This document shows positions 1 through 11,972 of a DNA stretch of 64,000 bases, piece after piece. Each line of letters starts with the position of its first letter. Position 1 is the first letter of the stretch. The stretch is from NCBI GenBank assembly GCA_963801605.1, contig CAWDFP010000006.1:320001-384000 (forward strand), in the 5' to 3' direction. The position numbers were made by a program, and so were the translations under genes. Under the pieces are notes generated by a model. That model ran no database searches, was not told the DNA's origin, and saw nothing but the letters and a program-made list of their open reading frames with translations. This DNA comes from an uncultured candidate division Zixibacteria bacterium (lineage in GTDB: Bacteria; Zixibacteria; MSB-5A5; UBA10806).

Positions 1-2
1 TG

Positions 3-569
3 ATGGGCTGGGTGGCGGCTAATTTGCTCATTGGCGGTCAGGCGCCCATCCCGATGGGAAACGACAACTTTACCGCGGCTCCATCCGGGGCATTCCGTAC
101 GAAGGATGGTTTTATAAATATCGCCGCCAACCAACAGAAGCAGTGGGAGGATCTGGCAGATTCGGTTTGCCTGCCGGAACTAAAAACCGATCCCCGGTTC
201 CAGGAACGTGATACACGGAAAGCGAACCGCAAGCTTTTGACCCCAATTCTCGAAGAAAAGCTAATGCAAAATACCACCGAGCATTGGGTCGATCTCCTAA
301 ATGCCAAAGGGATACCGTCGGGGGATATCGTTGGCCTCGAAAAAGCGCTGACCAGCGATCAAATCAAGCATCGGGAAACTCTGACTACCATTAAAGATCC
401 GCAAATTGGAGATGTCAGGATTTTTAATCTTTCTGCTAAATTTTCCAAGACACCGGCCAAGGTAGAAGCTCCGCCTCCGAGGCTTTCAGCGCATACCGAA
501 GAGATTTTAATGTCGCTCGAATATACCAAAGAAGATATAAAATCGCTTAAAGAAAAGATGGCGATTTAA
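3..569 (+). CDS. CoA-transferase family III (CaiB/BaiF), 5'-truncated by window
   Basis: APSGAFRTKDGFINIAA, DPRF and the PPRLSAHTEEIL C-terminus are typical of family III CoA-transferases. Confidence 0.85.
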   Translation: MGWVAANLLIGGQAPIPMGNDNFTAAPSGAFRTKDGFINIAANQQKQWEDLADSVCLPELKTDPRFQERDTRKANRKLLTPILEEKLMQNTTEHWVDLLNAKGIPSGDIVGLEKALTSDQIKHRETLTTIKDPQIGDVRIFNLSAKFSKTPAKVEAPPPRLSAHTEEILMSLEYTKEDIKSLKEKMAI

Positions 570-615
570 TTAAGTTTTCGGAAATCATCGCTCATGAAAA
601 AAATTGTTCGGTAGG

Positions 616-990
616 TTAATCGATTCTTATAGTTTCAGTCTTATTTGATTTGTATTTAAGGATTACCTGCATAATCTCCCTGATATAAGCTAAAGCGCAG
701 GGAGCTTTACATCTGCCAAGATCATTACACATCAGGCATTTACCGCTGCAATCGCTCAAGCCGAATCTTACCTCGGTAAAATGCGGTCCGTCATACATAT
801 CGATGAAGCGCGCCACCGGGACCGCTAAAGTCGTCCCACATTCTTTTATGGTATGATTAAACAGAAAGAGGCCCTCTTCCGGATTTTCAAACGCTGGCTG
901 GTAGCCGTGAAGGCGAATATCGAGGGATGCCAGGAAATCATCTCTACTTTCCCAGAGGCAACGACAAGAAGGACAAGCTTTAAAGGGCAT
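616..990 (-). CDS. Cys-rich hypothetical protein, putative metal-binding
   Basis: 124 aa; N-terminal CPSC, NH..KECG and a C-terminal CSGKCLMCNDLGRCKAPC cluster; GGAG upstream of the ATG. Confidence 0.6.
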   Translation of the reverse strand: MPFKACPSCRCLWESRDDFLASLDIRLHGYQPAFENPEEGLFLFNHTIKECGTTLAVPVARFIDMYDGPHFTEVRFGLSDCSGKCLMCNDLGRCKAPCALAYIREIMQVILKYKSNKTETIRID

Positions 991-1441
991 AAATCTCTCC
1001 TGGCTCTATTTAATGTTTCGCATAACATCCGTATATAACCTGTTTTTGCAATTACGGATATATACCTTACGATTATCGGCATGTTTTCAATAACATTACA
1101 ATACTTATTATAACAAGATCATACCATGTTTACCTCTCTTGTACATTTTTAATTGAAACTCGCGAGTCGAATTTTCATCAATTTCTTATTATATATTGAC
1201 ATGGCTTCCCATTAATCTTTATATAAAGGCAGTGCGGTTTCCGAACAACGGGCGGATTTACGCGCGTTGTGAGCTTCAAAAAGGCTCCATGAAGAACTTA
1301 AATCGAAGACGGGCAAAAGATGCGGTAATTTTGAATCTCGTCGAATTAAATCAGCGGGAAAATTAACAATAAATGATAGAAAACACAGTTGCTAATTTAG
1401 AACTGTGTGTTTCCTCGGTTAACAACGTCAGGAGTGTACTT

Positions 1442-4400
1442 ATGCGAAAAGTATCAAGGTTTTTAATTCTCTCTTTGGTGTTATTGGGAATTGCAGCCAG
1501 CGCCTTTGCCGGGCAGTACAGCGAGGCATTTCCGCAATATTTGGCCAGTCACAAATCCGGCACCATGGTGCCGGCTATAATTACGATGGCTGACAGGCTG
1601 GACTTAGGTGCTTTGCAGAATAACCTTTCTGCGACACATGCTGATAGAAGGCTCTGGCATGAAACGGTCGTGCGGGCTCTGCAGGCCAAAGCCACTGAGA
1701 GCCAGGCCGATTTATTGGCGGCACTTTCCGTTATGACCCAGAATGGCGAAGTAGAGAGTTACTCGTCCCTCTGGATTGGTAATATGGTCATTGTAACGGC
1801 AACTCCCGAGGCCCTTGACCAGTTAGTGTCGCGAAACGATGTCATGCTGGTCAGCCCTGATTATTTAATCGAAAGCATTGAGCCAGTTCATACGGGCGGA
1901 AACAGCCCCACCATAGCAGGCCATGAGATTGGCGCCACACGGCTTCATGTGCCAGAAGTATGGGCTATGGGGATAACCGGAGAAGGACGGCTTGTAAGCC
2001 ATTTAGATACCGGAGTACAAGGTAGTCACCCGGCCCTGGCTGCCAGATGGAGAGGCGTAGCAGATACGCGCTACGAGGGCCATCCGCAATGGGCCTGGTA
2101 CGATCCCAGACCTCCACATACAACATTTCCTACCGCTTTTGGCGCACATGGAACCCATACCATGGGGACGATATGCGGCAGAAGCACATCCACACCTGAC
2201 ACAGTAGGCGTTGCTATTGACGCGCAGTGGATTTCAGCTGGCGTAATTGACCGTGTCGATATTCCCACAACAATGGCGGATGCTATAACTGCATTACAAT
2301 GGATTGCGGATCCCGATGCAGATCCGTCCACAGTTTGGGATGTGCCCGACGTGTGTTCCAACTCCTGGGGTGTGAGGACTGACTTTGGCTATCCTCCGTG
2401 CGATGAAACTTTGTGGGAAGTTATCGATGGCGCCGAAGCGGCCAGTGTAGTGGTCGTATTCGCCGCCGGTAATGAAGGATATAGCGGCGCGCGAACGATC
2501 CGCAGACCTGCCGATAGGGCAACCACGGAATTGAATTGTTTTTCCGTGGGCGCCGTGAACGGCGATAACCCGAGTCTCCCAATAGCGGATTTTTCCTCGC
2601 GGGGACCGGCAAATTGCACACCATCCGGAAATGATACTTTCAAACCTGAAGTGGTCGCTCCGGGAGTTAACGTGCGCTCTTCGGTTCCCGGTGGTGGCTA
2701 TGAAAGCGGCTGGGATGGCACCTCGATGGCCACACCGCACATCGCGGGTATCATAGCATTAATGAGGCAGGCCAACCCTAATTTAACAGTTGATCAGATT
2801 AAACAGATTTTACTCGACACCGCCACAGATTTAGGAACCAGCGGTGAAGATAATGCCTATGGCAAGGGAATCGCGAACGCTCTGGCGGCCGTGCAAATGG
2901 CATTATCCTATTTGGACGGTTGGGGAACGCTTGGCGGAGTAATAACGGATCAGGCTTCCGGCACGCCCATTCAGGGAGCGAGAGTATCGGTAATCGGCCG
3001 TCCCTGGGGTGCTTCTTCCCGAGGCAACGGCGAATATTTCATGTTCGCCCCAGCCGATACTTTGTGGCAAATTAAGGTTGAATATCCGCCCACGCACCTC
3101 TCGGTTTTCGATACCGTAACGATTGCCGAAAACGATACAATCATCAGGAATTATGCGCTGGAGGGTAAAGTAGCGGTTCTGCTTAAGGCATCATTTGCTA
3201 ATCCCGCTAATGTTGATTACCGCACTTTCTTCATTAAGGGAAGTTGGGATGCTGAAGGCATGTACGATTCCACCTGGTCGGGTCCGCAGATCGAGATAAA
3301 AGACGATGGCGTTTCTCCGGATCAGACTATACACGACGGTATCTTCACAGGTAAAGTGTTATTGAGAATAGACGGCGTTCATACCTACCGTTGGGCGCTT
3401 TATAGTGAGAGCAATGGCGGTGACGCCGCTCGCTTGCAGCCTGGCGCCGACATCCAGATTCCCAACGCTACGCCGCCAGTAATTCCAACTCTCGCGGTTA
3501 ATCCATCCGGATCAGATAATAATTGGATAATTTCCGCAATTGGCGATAACAGCTTAAATCTCGACCTGGTTCGTAATTTCGGCAATGTCGCCACAAAATG
3601 GGGCGCGGCTTGCACTCTTTACACTCCCAACACTTACACTTTTAGATTTAAGGTGATGCATTCCGATAGCGCCAGTTATGGATCCGGAGGTATCGGCGGA
3701 CCGGACCTGCATTTCACACCGCCAATTACAGGGTCTTACGTATTCGTATTTAATGACGCGACGGATATGTACTATGTTTTGATGAGCGGTACGCAAGGTC
3801 CTCCAACAACTTTAGCGGCAACATCGGGTCTCGATCATCATGTAACTCTCACCTGGCGGGCGCCTACAGCTCCGGAACCGCCTTTGATTGTCCCACCGGA
3901 TAACGGCACACCAAGAATCATGGATACAGAAGTATTGGCGGGTTACAATGTTTATCGCGATACCCTGCCCTACCCATTCGATCGAAATTTATTGGTGAAC
4001 AATAGCCTTATCACGGTGGTCAATTATGATGATCACGGTGGACTCCAGGGTCATTTAACAAACGGCAAAACCTACTACTATCAAACCTCGGCAGTTTATG
4101 ATATCGGAGGCGGACAACTCGTAGAAGCCGGCCCATCGAATCAAGCGCTGGCTACGCCTCAGAATCATCCTCCGGCCACACCGACATTCCTGATTGCCGG
4201 CAGTGCCGGTCGCGTAATCAATCTCAAATGGAATTTCCTAAATGATATTGGCGATCTGGATCATTTCAGCGTCGAGCGTATGTTGATGCCATCAGGCGCC
4301 TGGACCGAAGTAGGCACAACCGTTGATACTGTTTTCTCGCAAACGATTCCTGACGGCGAGGACGGTTCTTACGGATATCGAGTCACCGCAATTGACGACG

Positions 4401-7400
4401 GGACGCCGGCATTATCATCGACGCCATCTCAACCGGCCTATGCTATGGTCGGGCATTTAGCGCCTGGCACTTTAAGAGCTACAAGCGGCGAGGAGTTCCA
4501 GGTTCCAGTACATTGGGCACTTCCCGGCTCCTGGACGGTCAATGGCATTCTCGATCCCGAAACGCCGATTATTTATAGCGATGAAGATGGTTCCGCAGAT
4601 ACTCCCGGCATAATGAATCGCGGTGAACCGGATGCTGCCGGATATCTCTGGATAGATTCCGATGAGCCCGGTGGACCGACATATCAATGGCGAGATATTA
4701 CCGGAATCGGCCAGCAGATTCCGATGAATGGAGACAACCAGTTGTTGGGTTCCTATAACATCGGTTTTAGTTTCCCCTTCTACGGAAACGATTTTAATAC
4801 CTTTAGAATTTGCTCCAATGGTTGGTTAAGTTTTACGGATAGTACTCATAATTACAGCAGCAACCGGGCGCTTCCGAGTACTCAATATGCACCCTTCAAT
4901 CTGGTCGCCCCGTTCTGGGATGACCTGACATTCATTGGCGGCGGACAACTTTGGTATTATTCCGACGGCGTTGAATGTATCATTTCTTACATCGAAGTTC
5001 CGCATGTTGGTTCGGGGGGACCATATTCGTTCCAGGCGATCCTGAGAAGTTCAGGCGCTATTATCTATCAATATGGTTCAATGGGAACAGTCTTGAATTC
5101 CGCCACGATAGGAATTCAAAATGGAACCGGCACAATTGGCCTGCAGGCGGTTTACAATGCCAATTATGTTCATGATAATATGGCAATACAGCTGAATAGA
5201 CCTGCCGACGGTTTCAGCCCCGCCCATTTTAAATTATACCGCTCGACGACAAGCCCCGTGCCTTTGGATGACAGCCATCTGATCGCAGGAAGCATTCCCG
5301 GAATTCAAGCGGGTTACGTGGATCGCCTTAACATTCAAAACGGAATACCGTACTTTTACAAAGTAACAGCGGTATGGCCCGATTCAATCGAATCAGTCGC
5401 ATCCAATGAAACTACCGGCACCGCCGCTAATCATCCGCCGATAGCGCCAACCAACCTTGCCGGCTTGCTAAATGGCCGCACGATTAATCTGCACTGGTCA
5501 TTTGCCAATTTGGTAGGAGATTGGGATCATTACAATATCTATAAAAGAGCTCTTCCACTTGGTGTCTGGCTATTGACCAGCACAACTAACGATACTCTGG
5601 GAGCAGTTACTATCCCGGCGGGTCAGGACGGCGTTTATGAGATCGCTGTTACCGCGGTAGATAACGGAACACCGCAACTTGAATCTCGATATTCCCGAGC
5701 GGTTACCTTCAATGTCGGAAATCTGGCGCCAGTCCAGCTTGCGGCCAGAAGCGATCACGATCTTGCCGTTCCGCTAAACTGGATGCATCCCGGCACATGG
5801 CTTATGGATGACCACGGAGATCAGCCGCTTCCCGGCATAGCAAGTATGAATGGCTCAGATCCCTCCGCTCTGCCAACACTTTTCGGCCGCGGCGGCCCCG
5901 ATGGCGCCGGCTATATCTGGGTTGATTCCGACGAACCGGACGGACCTGATTATCAGTGGCGGGATATAACGGCGATTGGCCAACAAATCCCGATGATTGG
6001 CGATAACCAGATATTGGGCGCCTTCAATATCGGCTTTAGTTTCCCGTTTTACGGAAACAACTTTAATACCTTCAGGGTCAATTCCAATGGCTGGTTGAGC
6101 TTTACAGATAGCATTCACACATACAATACCAATCGCGCCATTCCAAGCACAGTCTCCGCACCCTTCAATCTGGTGGCACCGTTCTGGGACGATCTCACTT
6201 TCGTTGGGGGCGGACAACTCTGGTACTATAGTGACGGCGCGGAATGCATTATCTCATACATAGCCGTGCCCCGCGTAAGTTCAGGAGGACCCTGCACATT
6301 CCAGGTAATACTCAGGAGCTCAGGCACAATTGTCTATCAGTATGGCGCTATGGGAACAGTTCTTAATTCCGCTACCGTTGGCATTCAAAACTCAGACGGC
6401 ACAATCGGCCTTCAAGTTGTTTGCAATGGCGATTATATGCACGACAATATGGCGATCCAATTGCAGAATCTTTCTGAAGGCATATCCCCAGTTCATTACA
6501 AACTTTATAGATCAACATCGTCTCCTGTACCGGTCGATCCCGGTCATTTGATAACCTCTGCTATCGCCGGGGATCGCCTGAGTTATACTGATACTGGTAG
6601 TGTGGTAAATGGAACGAGATACTATTATGTCCTGACGGCTGTCTGGCCTGATTCTGCGGAATCACCGGCCTCAAATGAAACCAGTGCTATTCCCGTTATG
6701 GGCGCCAGGATGACCCTGAATCCAACATCCCTTGACCTCTCGATCGAAAGCGGACGCACTATTCTGGATACGCTCAATATCGCTAATCCCGGCGGATTGA
6801 GCTTAAACTGGAATCTCTTCACGCAATCCGATCTTATCCTCTCCGTTCCTAAAACGGCCGATAGAAGCGGCGTTATATTGGAATCTTCCAGCCGATGCCG
6901 GAGAGGGTTCGACCGATAACCCGCCGGAGCTATTCGGAAGAGGCGGGCCAGATGGATTTGGTTATACCTGGGTTGATTCCGATGAGCCGGGCGGTCCGAC
7001 TAATCATTGGGTTGATATTACAACTCGCGGCCAGCAGCTCACAATGATTAACGACGATAATCAGGGGCCGTTTGCCATGGGAATCCATTTCCCGTTCTAT
7101 GGCAACACTTTCGACAGCGTACGCATCTGTTCTAATGGCTGGATAAGCTTTAACAGCACCGTCAGATCGGCTGCCAACTATCCATTACCGAGCACCTCGG
7201 CGCCGGTGAACCTGATTGCGCCATTCTGGGATGATCTTGATCCTTCCGCCGGCGGGCAGATGTGGTATTACACCAATCCTGAATCCACGGTAGTCTCCTG
7301 GATCGATGTGCCCTATCGTACGACGGGCGGCCCTTATACATTCCAGGTGGTGTTGCTCTCAACAGGCGGTATTTACTTCAATTATGGCAGTATGAATACT

Positions 7401-8009
7401 CCGCTAAATGGCGCCACTATTGGAATTCAAAACGCCGCCAGAAATATCGGTTTGCAGGTAGCTTACAACCAAGCTTACGTGCATGGCAATATGACCGTGA
7501 AGATTAATCACAGTTGGGTGACCGCATCCCCCGGCTCAGGGGTAATTGCAGCCGGAGCTAATTCGGATATCGTCGTAACTTGCGATGCGTCATCTTTGGG
7601 CGCAGGCACATACACCGGCTCACTGGCGATTTCCGGTCAGGATCAATTCCACGTTCTGGCGGTGCAAATTGTACCCGTTACTTTGCATGTAACGCCCCAG
7701 GGCATAGAGGATAATGCCTCTAATATGCCAAGCGAATTCGAACTTTCGCAAAACTATCCCAATCCTTTCAATCCGACTACCGAGATAGGATTCGCTTTAC
7801 CGACGAAATCTTTTGTTTCTCTCGAGGTTTTCAATGTCCTGGGACAAAAGGTAAAAACGCTGATTAATGCCGACATGGAAGCGGGATTTAGATCAATCAC
7901 CTGGAACGGCACTGACGAATCCGGGGCGTCGGTTACGTCGGGTATCTACTTCTACAAGCTGGCTGCCGGAAATAAAATATTCACTAAGAAGATGACATTC
8001 CTGAAGTAA
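1442..8009 (+). CDS. Secreted modular S8 (subtilisin/bacillopeptidase F-like) serine protease with FN3-like and three nidogen-like repeats and a FlgD/T9SS-type C-terminal domain; one frameshift near 6890
   Basis: GGAG RBS then ATG at 1442; signal peptide; triad SHLDTG, HGTHTMG, GTSMATPH. The frame of ORF 7044..8009 reads open upstream (FGRGGPDGFGYTWVDSDEPGGP), matching the internal repeats. Ends LSQNYPNPFNPTT...SGIYFYKL...KKMTFLK. Confidence 0.85.
4619..7507 (+). repeat. Three ~190-aa intragenic repeats (~4619-5194, ~5888-6463, ~6939-7507)
   Basis: Each carries RG.PD..GY.W.DSDEP.GP...FPFYGN.F...SNGW.SF...NL.APFWDDL...AT.GIQN; copies 1 and 2 share DNA stretches such as cccttcaatctggt and ggcggacaact. 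Confidence 0.85.
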
Positions 8010-8036
8010 TCGATATAGATAATATCGGATCAGTTG

Positions 8037-8075
8037 AAAGCCCTCGCTCATATTGGAGCGAGGGCTTTTTGTTTT
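8037..8075 (+). terminator. Rho-independent terminator
   Basis: aaagccctcgctc-atattg-gagcgagggcttt followed by ttgtttt. Confidence 0.85.
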
Positions 8076-8154
8076 GGGACTATCCAATCTTGACCGCTCT
8101 ATTTCATTATACTATATTTCTCGATATTAAGAAAATCAGGGGAAGGAAATAAAT

Positions 8155-8970
8155 ATGATGGAAGATTTTACTCATGCCACGCTCGGCCATACCGGTACGA
8201 AGGTACATCGGCTGGGATTATCGGCTACCTACCGGCCAGGCAAGGATACGATCCATAAGGCTCTCGACGAAGGGATGAATTACTTTTTCGCCTACGGATT
8301 TGATTCCCAAATGACGAAGACTTTGCGCGAAATTGGAAAAACTCGACGGGAAAGCTTTGTAATTGCTACCGGAGCCTATAATCTTTATCAACTGGGTCAT
8401 ACTGATCTTCGCAAAACCCTGGAGAAGCGCCTTCGACAGCTCGATACTGATTATATCGATGTTTTCATGTTCCTCGGAGTCACCAAAGAAAAGCATTTCC
8501 CTGAAAAACTCAGGACGGAACTCAATCATCTTCGTGAGGAGGGAAAGGTACGGGCGGTTTCGATATCCTGTCATGACCGGAAATTTGCGGGGAAGTTGGT
8601 CGAAAACGGAGAGCTTGATGTTCTCATGGCACGTTATAATGCCGCCCATCGTGGCGCTGAAGAGGATATATTTCCTTATCTGGCTAAACATAACACTGGC
8701 CTGGTAAGCTACACTGCTACCCGTTGGGGATATCTTATCAGGCGAATGGGCAAATGGCCGCAGGAGAGGCCAATTCCTACGCCGGGGATGTGCTACCGAT
8801 TTGTGCTAACGAATCCGCATGTCGATGTCTGTCTGACCGCCCCATCGAACATTAAACATTTAACAGAAAATATCAACTCTCTCAAAAGCGGTCCTCTCAG
8901 CCCCGAGGAAATGGCTTTCATAAAAGAGTACGGCGATATGGTGCATCACACCAAGAAGTGGTTTATGTAG
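8155..8970 (+). CDS. Aldo/keto reductase family protein
   Basis: LGHTGTKVHRLGL, RLRQLDTDYID, EGKVRAVSISCH and RFVLTNPHV motifs. Confidence 0.8.
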   Translation: MMEDFTHATLGHTGTKVHRLGLSATYRPGKDTIHKALDEGMNYFFAYGFDSQMTKTLREIGKTRRESFVIATGAYNLYQLGHTDLRKTLEKRLRQLDTDYIDVFMFLGVTKEKHFPEKLRTELNHLREEGKVRAVSISCHDRKFAGKLVENGELDVLMARYNAAHRGAEEDIFPYLAKHNTGLVSYTATRWGYLIRRMGKWPQERPIPTPGMCYRFVLTNPHVDVCLTAPSNIKHLTENINSLKSGPLSPEEMAFIKEYGDMVHHTKKWFM

Positions 8971-8991
8971 CTGCTTCGCAAAGTCCTGGTT

Positions 8992-10770
8992 TTATTGCAG
9001 CTTCAGAATACCAAAGCTATCAGGATTGTAATCAATAGGAACCTGCCAGTCGCCCGCTGTATTTAAGCGCTTTTGTTTACGGAGGAAATTTAATCCCCAG
9101 CTCTGATTGGGCGCTGCTATTATTCCAAGCTGTTTTAGCGGGATTGATACTTCTAAATCCCAATAATCCTTACCGCTTCTAGTTTTTATTTTATAGTTTC
9201 CGTTCCAGGATTTCTCTCCTTCGAAATAACCAAAAATGCCTTTAGAAATCTTTTGATCGAGAATCGTACCAAGCGGATTGATATATATCTGGTAGGCGGT
9301 ATCTATTTGTGGATTGGGTTGAATGAAGAAGCCGACGCAGTCCTCGCCACTGACGGATCCATCCCGCTTCTTAACGCTGGCGACAAGTGAATTCATAGCT
9401 GATTCCTGGCAATGGGCCGCCAGGTATAGATTGTCCTTATCGTATGAAAAATAAAACCAGGTTGCTTCGATTTTGGCAGTGCTACCATCGGGGGCAAACA
9501 ACACGTGTTCCGGATTTTTCCAGCACTTATCGTTTAGCTTACCATCGATGGACGGAGGCGATCCAGCCGGGTTAGCGGCGGCAAATCGAGCGATCTTTAA
9601 ATCTTTTACTATCGGAATGGTCTTGTTTTCGGCAAAAGGAAATCCAATGGTTACTGTCGGTACTGGATAAAGATTGCCGCTGGACGTTACTTGAAATGAG
9701 ACTTGCTTTTTACCCTTGGGCATTATAGCCAGATTTTCCTCGGCGGGCTGAATCGACCAACCCCGAGGAACGCTCCAACGGATTGTATCATTGAGAGTTT
9801 GAGCCGAAATATTATTAAATTCGATAGTGGCAATGCCATTCGATATTTTCAAATCATCACCAACGGGCGCCTTGGCGATAAAGACCAGGCCGTTTTGAAT
9901 GATGTTGTCGGCTACATGCTCTTCGCCGGCCGTGACAATGTCCCAGGGTTTAACTGATCCTTTTTTTATAGGCGCGATATCGATGGCGCTATCGCTCAGA
10001 GTTACCCAGGTAAAATGATAGTCGAGTCCGCCGGGAACGGCATCGGCGATACCGCCGGAGCTTCCCAAAGCTGTATACAAGATACCATCGATCCTGGTGC
10101 TGAAATAGGTATGCAGATGGCCGTTGAAAACGGCGTCAACGCCATAAGCTTTGAATAAGGAATGAAGCGTATCTGGTTTTCCCATTACGATTGTATCATA
10201 CCAAAACGGCTTATGATAAAATACCAGGGTCTTGGCGGCGTCTTTGTTGGCCGACAAATCCCCGGCCAGCCAGGTAAGTTCGTCAGACGGCAATTCCTCG
10301 CCTGATTCCCAGCGGGTAACATCGAGCACTACAAAATGGAAATTGCGGACATTGAAGGAATAATATGGTTTGCCGATTCTGTGCTGATATGTCGGCAGGG
10401 CAGCGTTACTGGTAATATCGTGATTTCCCGGCGTAAGGTAGATTGGCATTGTAAGCGGTTTAATAATCGAAAGGTATTCATCCCACTGGGAATTGAGCGT
10501 CAGAGTATCCCCGGTATATCCCTGGATGGCGTCACCCACGGTAATTACAAAATCCGGCCTGAGTTCTTCAATTTCCCCCACGATCTCTTCGTAAATACCG
10601 GGAGTGGCCTGACTGGTCCGATCTCCAATTATGGCAAAACGGATTGGGGTGCTATTTAACGCCAAATTTTCGAAACTTATCCCGAATGCGCAGTTTTCGG
10701 CGAGGAGGACTACCGCGAATCCGACCAAAAAATGAAGTACTTTAGCTCTCATATTTTCCTCACTTATCAA
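8992..10770 (-). CDS. Secreted metallophosphoesterase fused to a C-terminal CBM9-like sugar-binding domain
   Basis: IIGD, VGD, PGNHD and NGHLH calcineurin-like motifs; C-terminal PSIDGKLND.CW, YDKDNLYLA, WDLEVSIP, WGLNFLR. Confidence 0.75.
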   Translation of the reverse strand: MISEENMRAKVLHFLVGFAVVLLAENCAFGISFENLALNSTPIRFAIIGDRTSQATPGIYEEIVGEIEELRPDFVITVGDAIQGYTGDTLTLNSQWDEYLSIIKPLTMPIYLTPGNHDITSNAALPTYQHRIGKPYYSFNVRNFHFVVLDVTRWESGEELPSDELTWLAGDLSANKDAAKTLVFYHKPFWYDTIVMGKPDTLHSLFKAYGVDAVFNGHLHTYFSTRIDGILYTALGSSGGIADAVPGGLDYHFTWVTLSDSAIDIAPIKKGSVKPWDIVTAGEEHVADNIIQNGLVFIAKAPVGDDLKISNGIATIEFNNISAQTLNDTIRWSVPRGWSIQPAEENLAIMPKGKKQVSFQVTSSGNLYPVPTVTIGFPFAENKTIPIVKDLKIARFAAANPAGSPPSIDGKLNDKCWKNPEHVLFAPDGSTAKIEATWFYFSYDKDNLYLAAHCQESAMNSLVASVKKRDGSVSGEDCVGFFIQPNPQIDTAYQIYINPLGTILDQKISKGIFGYFEGEKSWNGNYKIKTRSGKDYWDLEVSIPLKQLGIIAAPNQSWGLNFLRKQKRLNTAGDWQVPIDYNPDSFGILKLQ

Positions 10771-10884
10771 TAATCGAAATATTTAAAATTCATATTATCG
10801 CCATCTAAATATCAATTGAAATGCTAAGGGATGGAAAAGGGAGTGTCAAGCCGCAATGAGTAAATAATCTATCCAATTAAATAT

Positions 10885-11247
10885 TTAATCGCCGGTTGGT
10901 TTAACCTCGGCGGCCTCAACCATGAGAACCACAGTGCGCTTTGGAGCCCGAGTCCGATGCAGTACTCCTCTGGGCACCATGATCCCCTGACGGGGCAGAA
11001 GTTCCTCTGTTCGTCCTTCGAGATCCAAAAACAGCTTGCCCTCAATAACGAAAAAAAATTCATCTTCGGCATCATGTTTATGCCAATGAAATTCACCCTC
11101 GAAAACTCCCAGCCGTATCACGCAATCGTTAACTCTGGTAAGCGACTGGTTCCACCAGAGATCGCGGCATTCGTCAGCCAGGCGCCCGATATCCTCATGT
11201 TCCAACGGCTTGTATTTTATATTGGTGTGGATAGAATATTCAGTCAT
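10885..11247 (-). CDS. Cupin domain protein
   Basis: GEFHWHKHDAEDEFFFVIEG and VPRGVLHRT cupin motifs. Confidence 0.85.
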   Translation of the reverse strand: MTEYSIHTNIKYKPLEHEDIGRLADECRDLWWNQSLTRVNDCVIRLGVFEGEFHWHKHDAEDEFFFVIEGKLFLDLEGRTEELLPRQGIMVPRGVLHRTRAPKRTVVLMVEAAEVKPTGD

Positions 11248-11972
11248 GTTTTTCCTTTATGATTTTGTTCGAATTATCTGCAATTTGTGCATTAATATAT
11301 ATTTGGGGGATCCAAATGTCATTTAAATGATTTGCCGATTAATTCGGGAATACTATAGGAATAGATTATATACCGAATGCATAAAAGCCGAAGGCTATTA
11401 CACTACAATCTATTGATCGACCACTTAAGGAGGAGCGCCCAGGTCGACTGGCCCTAAGCAATTAATTGTCAAGCGGTTATGGTGCGCCCTGGGTTTGATT
11501 GCCGACTTGATACAAATTATAGGCTGCCAATATCGTCTAATAATAGCTGATTTATGTTGATATAATATTTTTTTGTTATATTATGTATCAGTTAGTTTGA
11601 TCTTACACAATTAGACCCTATGGAGTTTATCGCTTAACGCTTGCGGCGTTACTATGCTTGAAAATTGGTAAACCTGTATGTTAATACCACGCGCTACGAA
11701 TTTAATCGAAATACATTCGAAAGGTTTTAAACATTATATGGGTTTAGATGCCAGACTCGCCTGTCTTGGTTGACAGCGTTTGGGAGAACGCAGAGAATGG
11801 CACGAGGGAAAAGCAAGCAAACTTCAAGCATTAAGGAGCCTGTCTAAACTACACCGAAAATTCGGTCAGCCTGAAAATCATCTATAGAAACCTCTGAAGC
11901 TGAAATGTCAGCTATAGGTTAAGCAGTAACGTTTTGGAGGTCTCAATGCGGGCAAGACATTGAGGTGTGCCT

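Noticed and set aside
4619..7507. Repeats as a diversity-generating retroelement template/variable pair
   Set aside because: Copies are in-frame protein domains, differences are not adenine-specific, and no reverse transcriptase is present
11833..11852. gagcctgtctaaact resembling an IS5-family terminal repeat
   Set aside because: No partner inverted repeat or transposase remnant found
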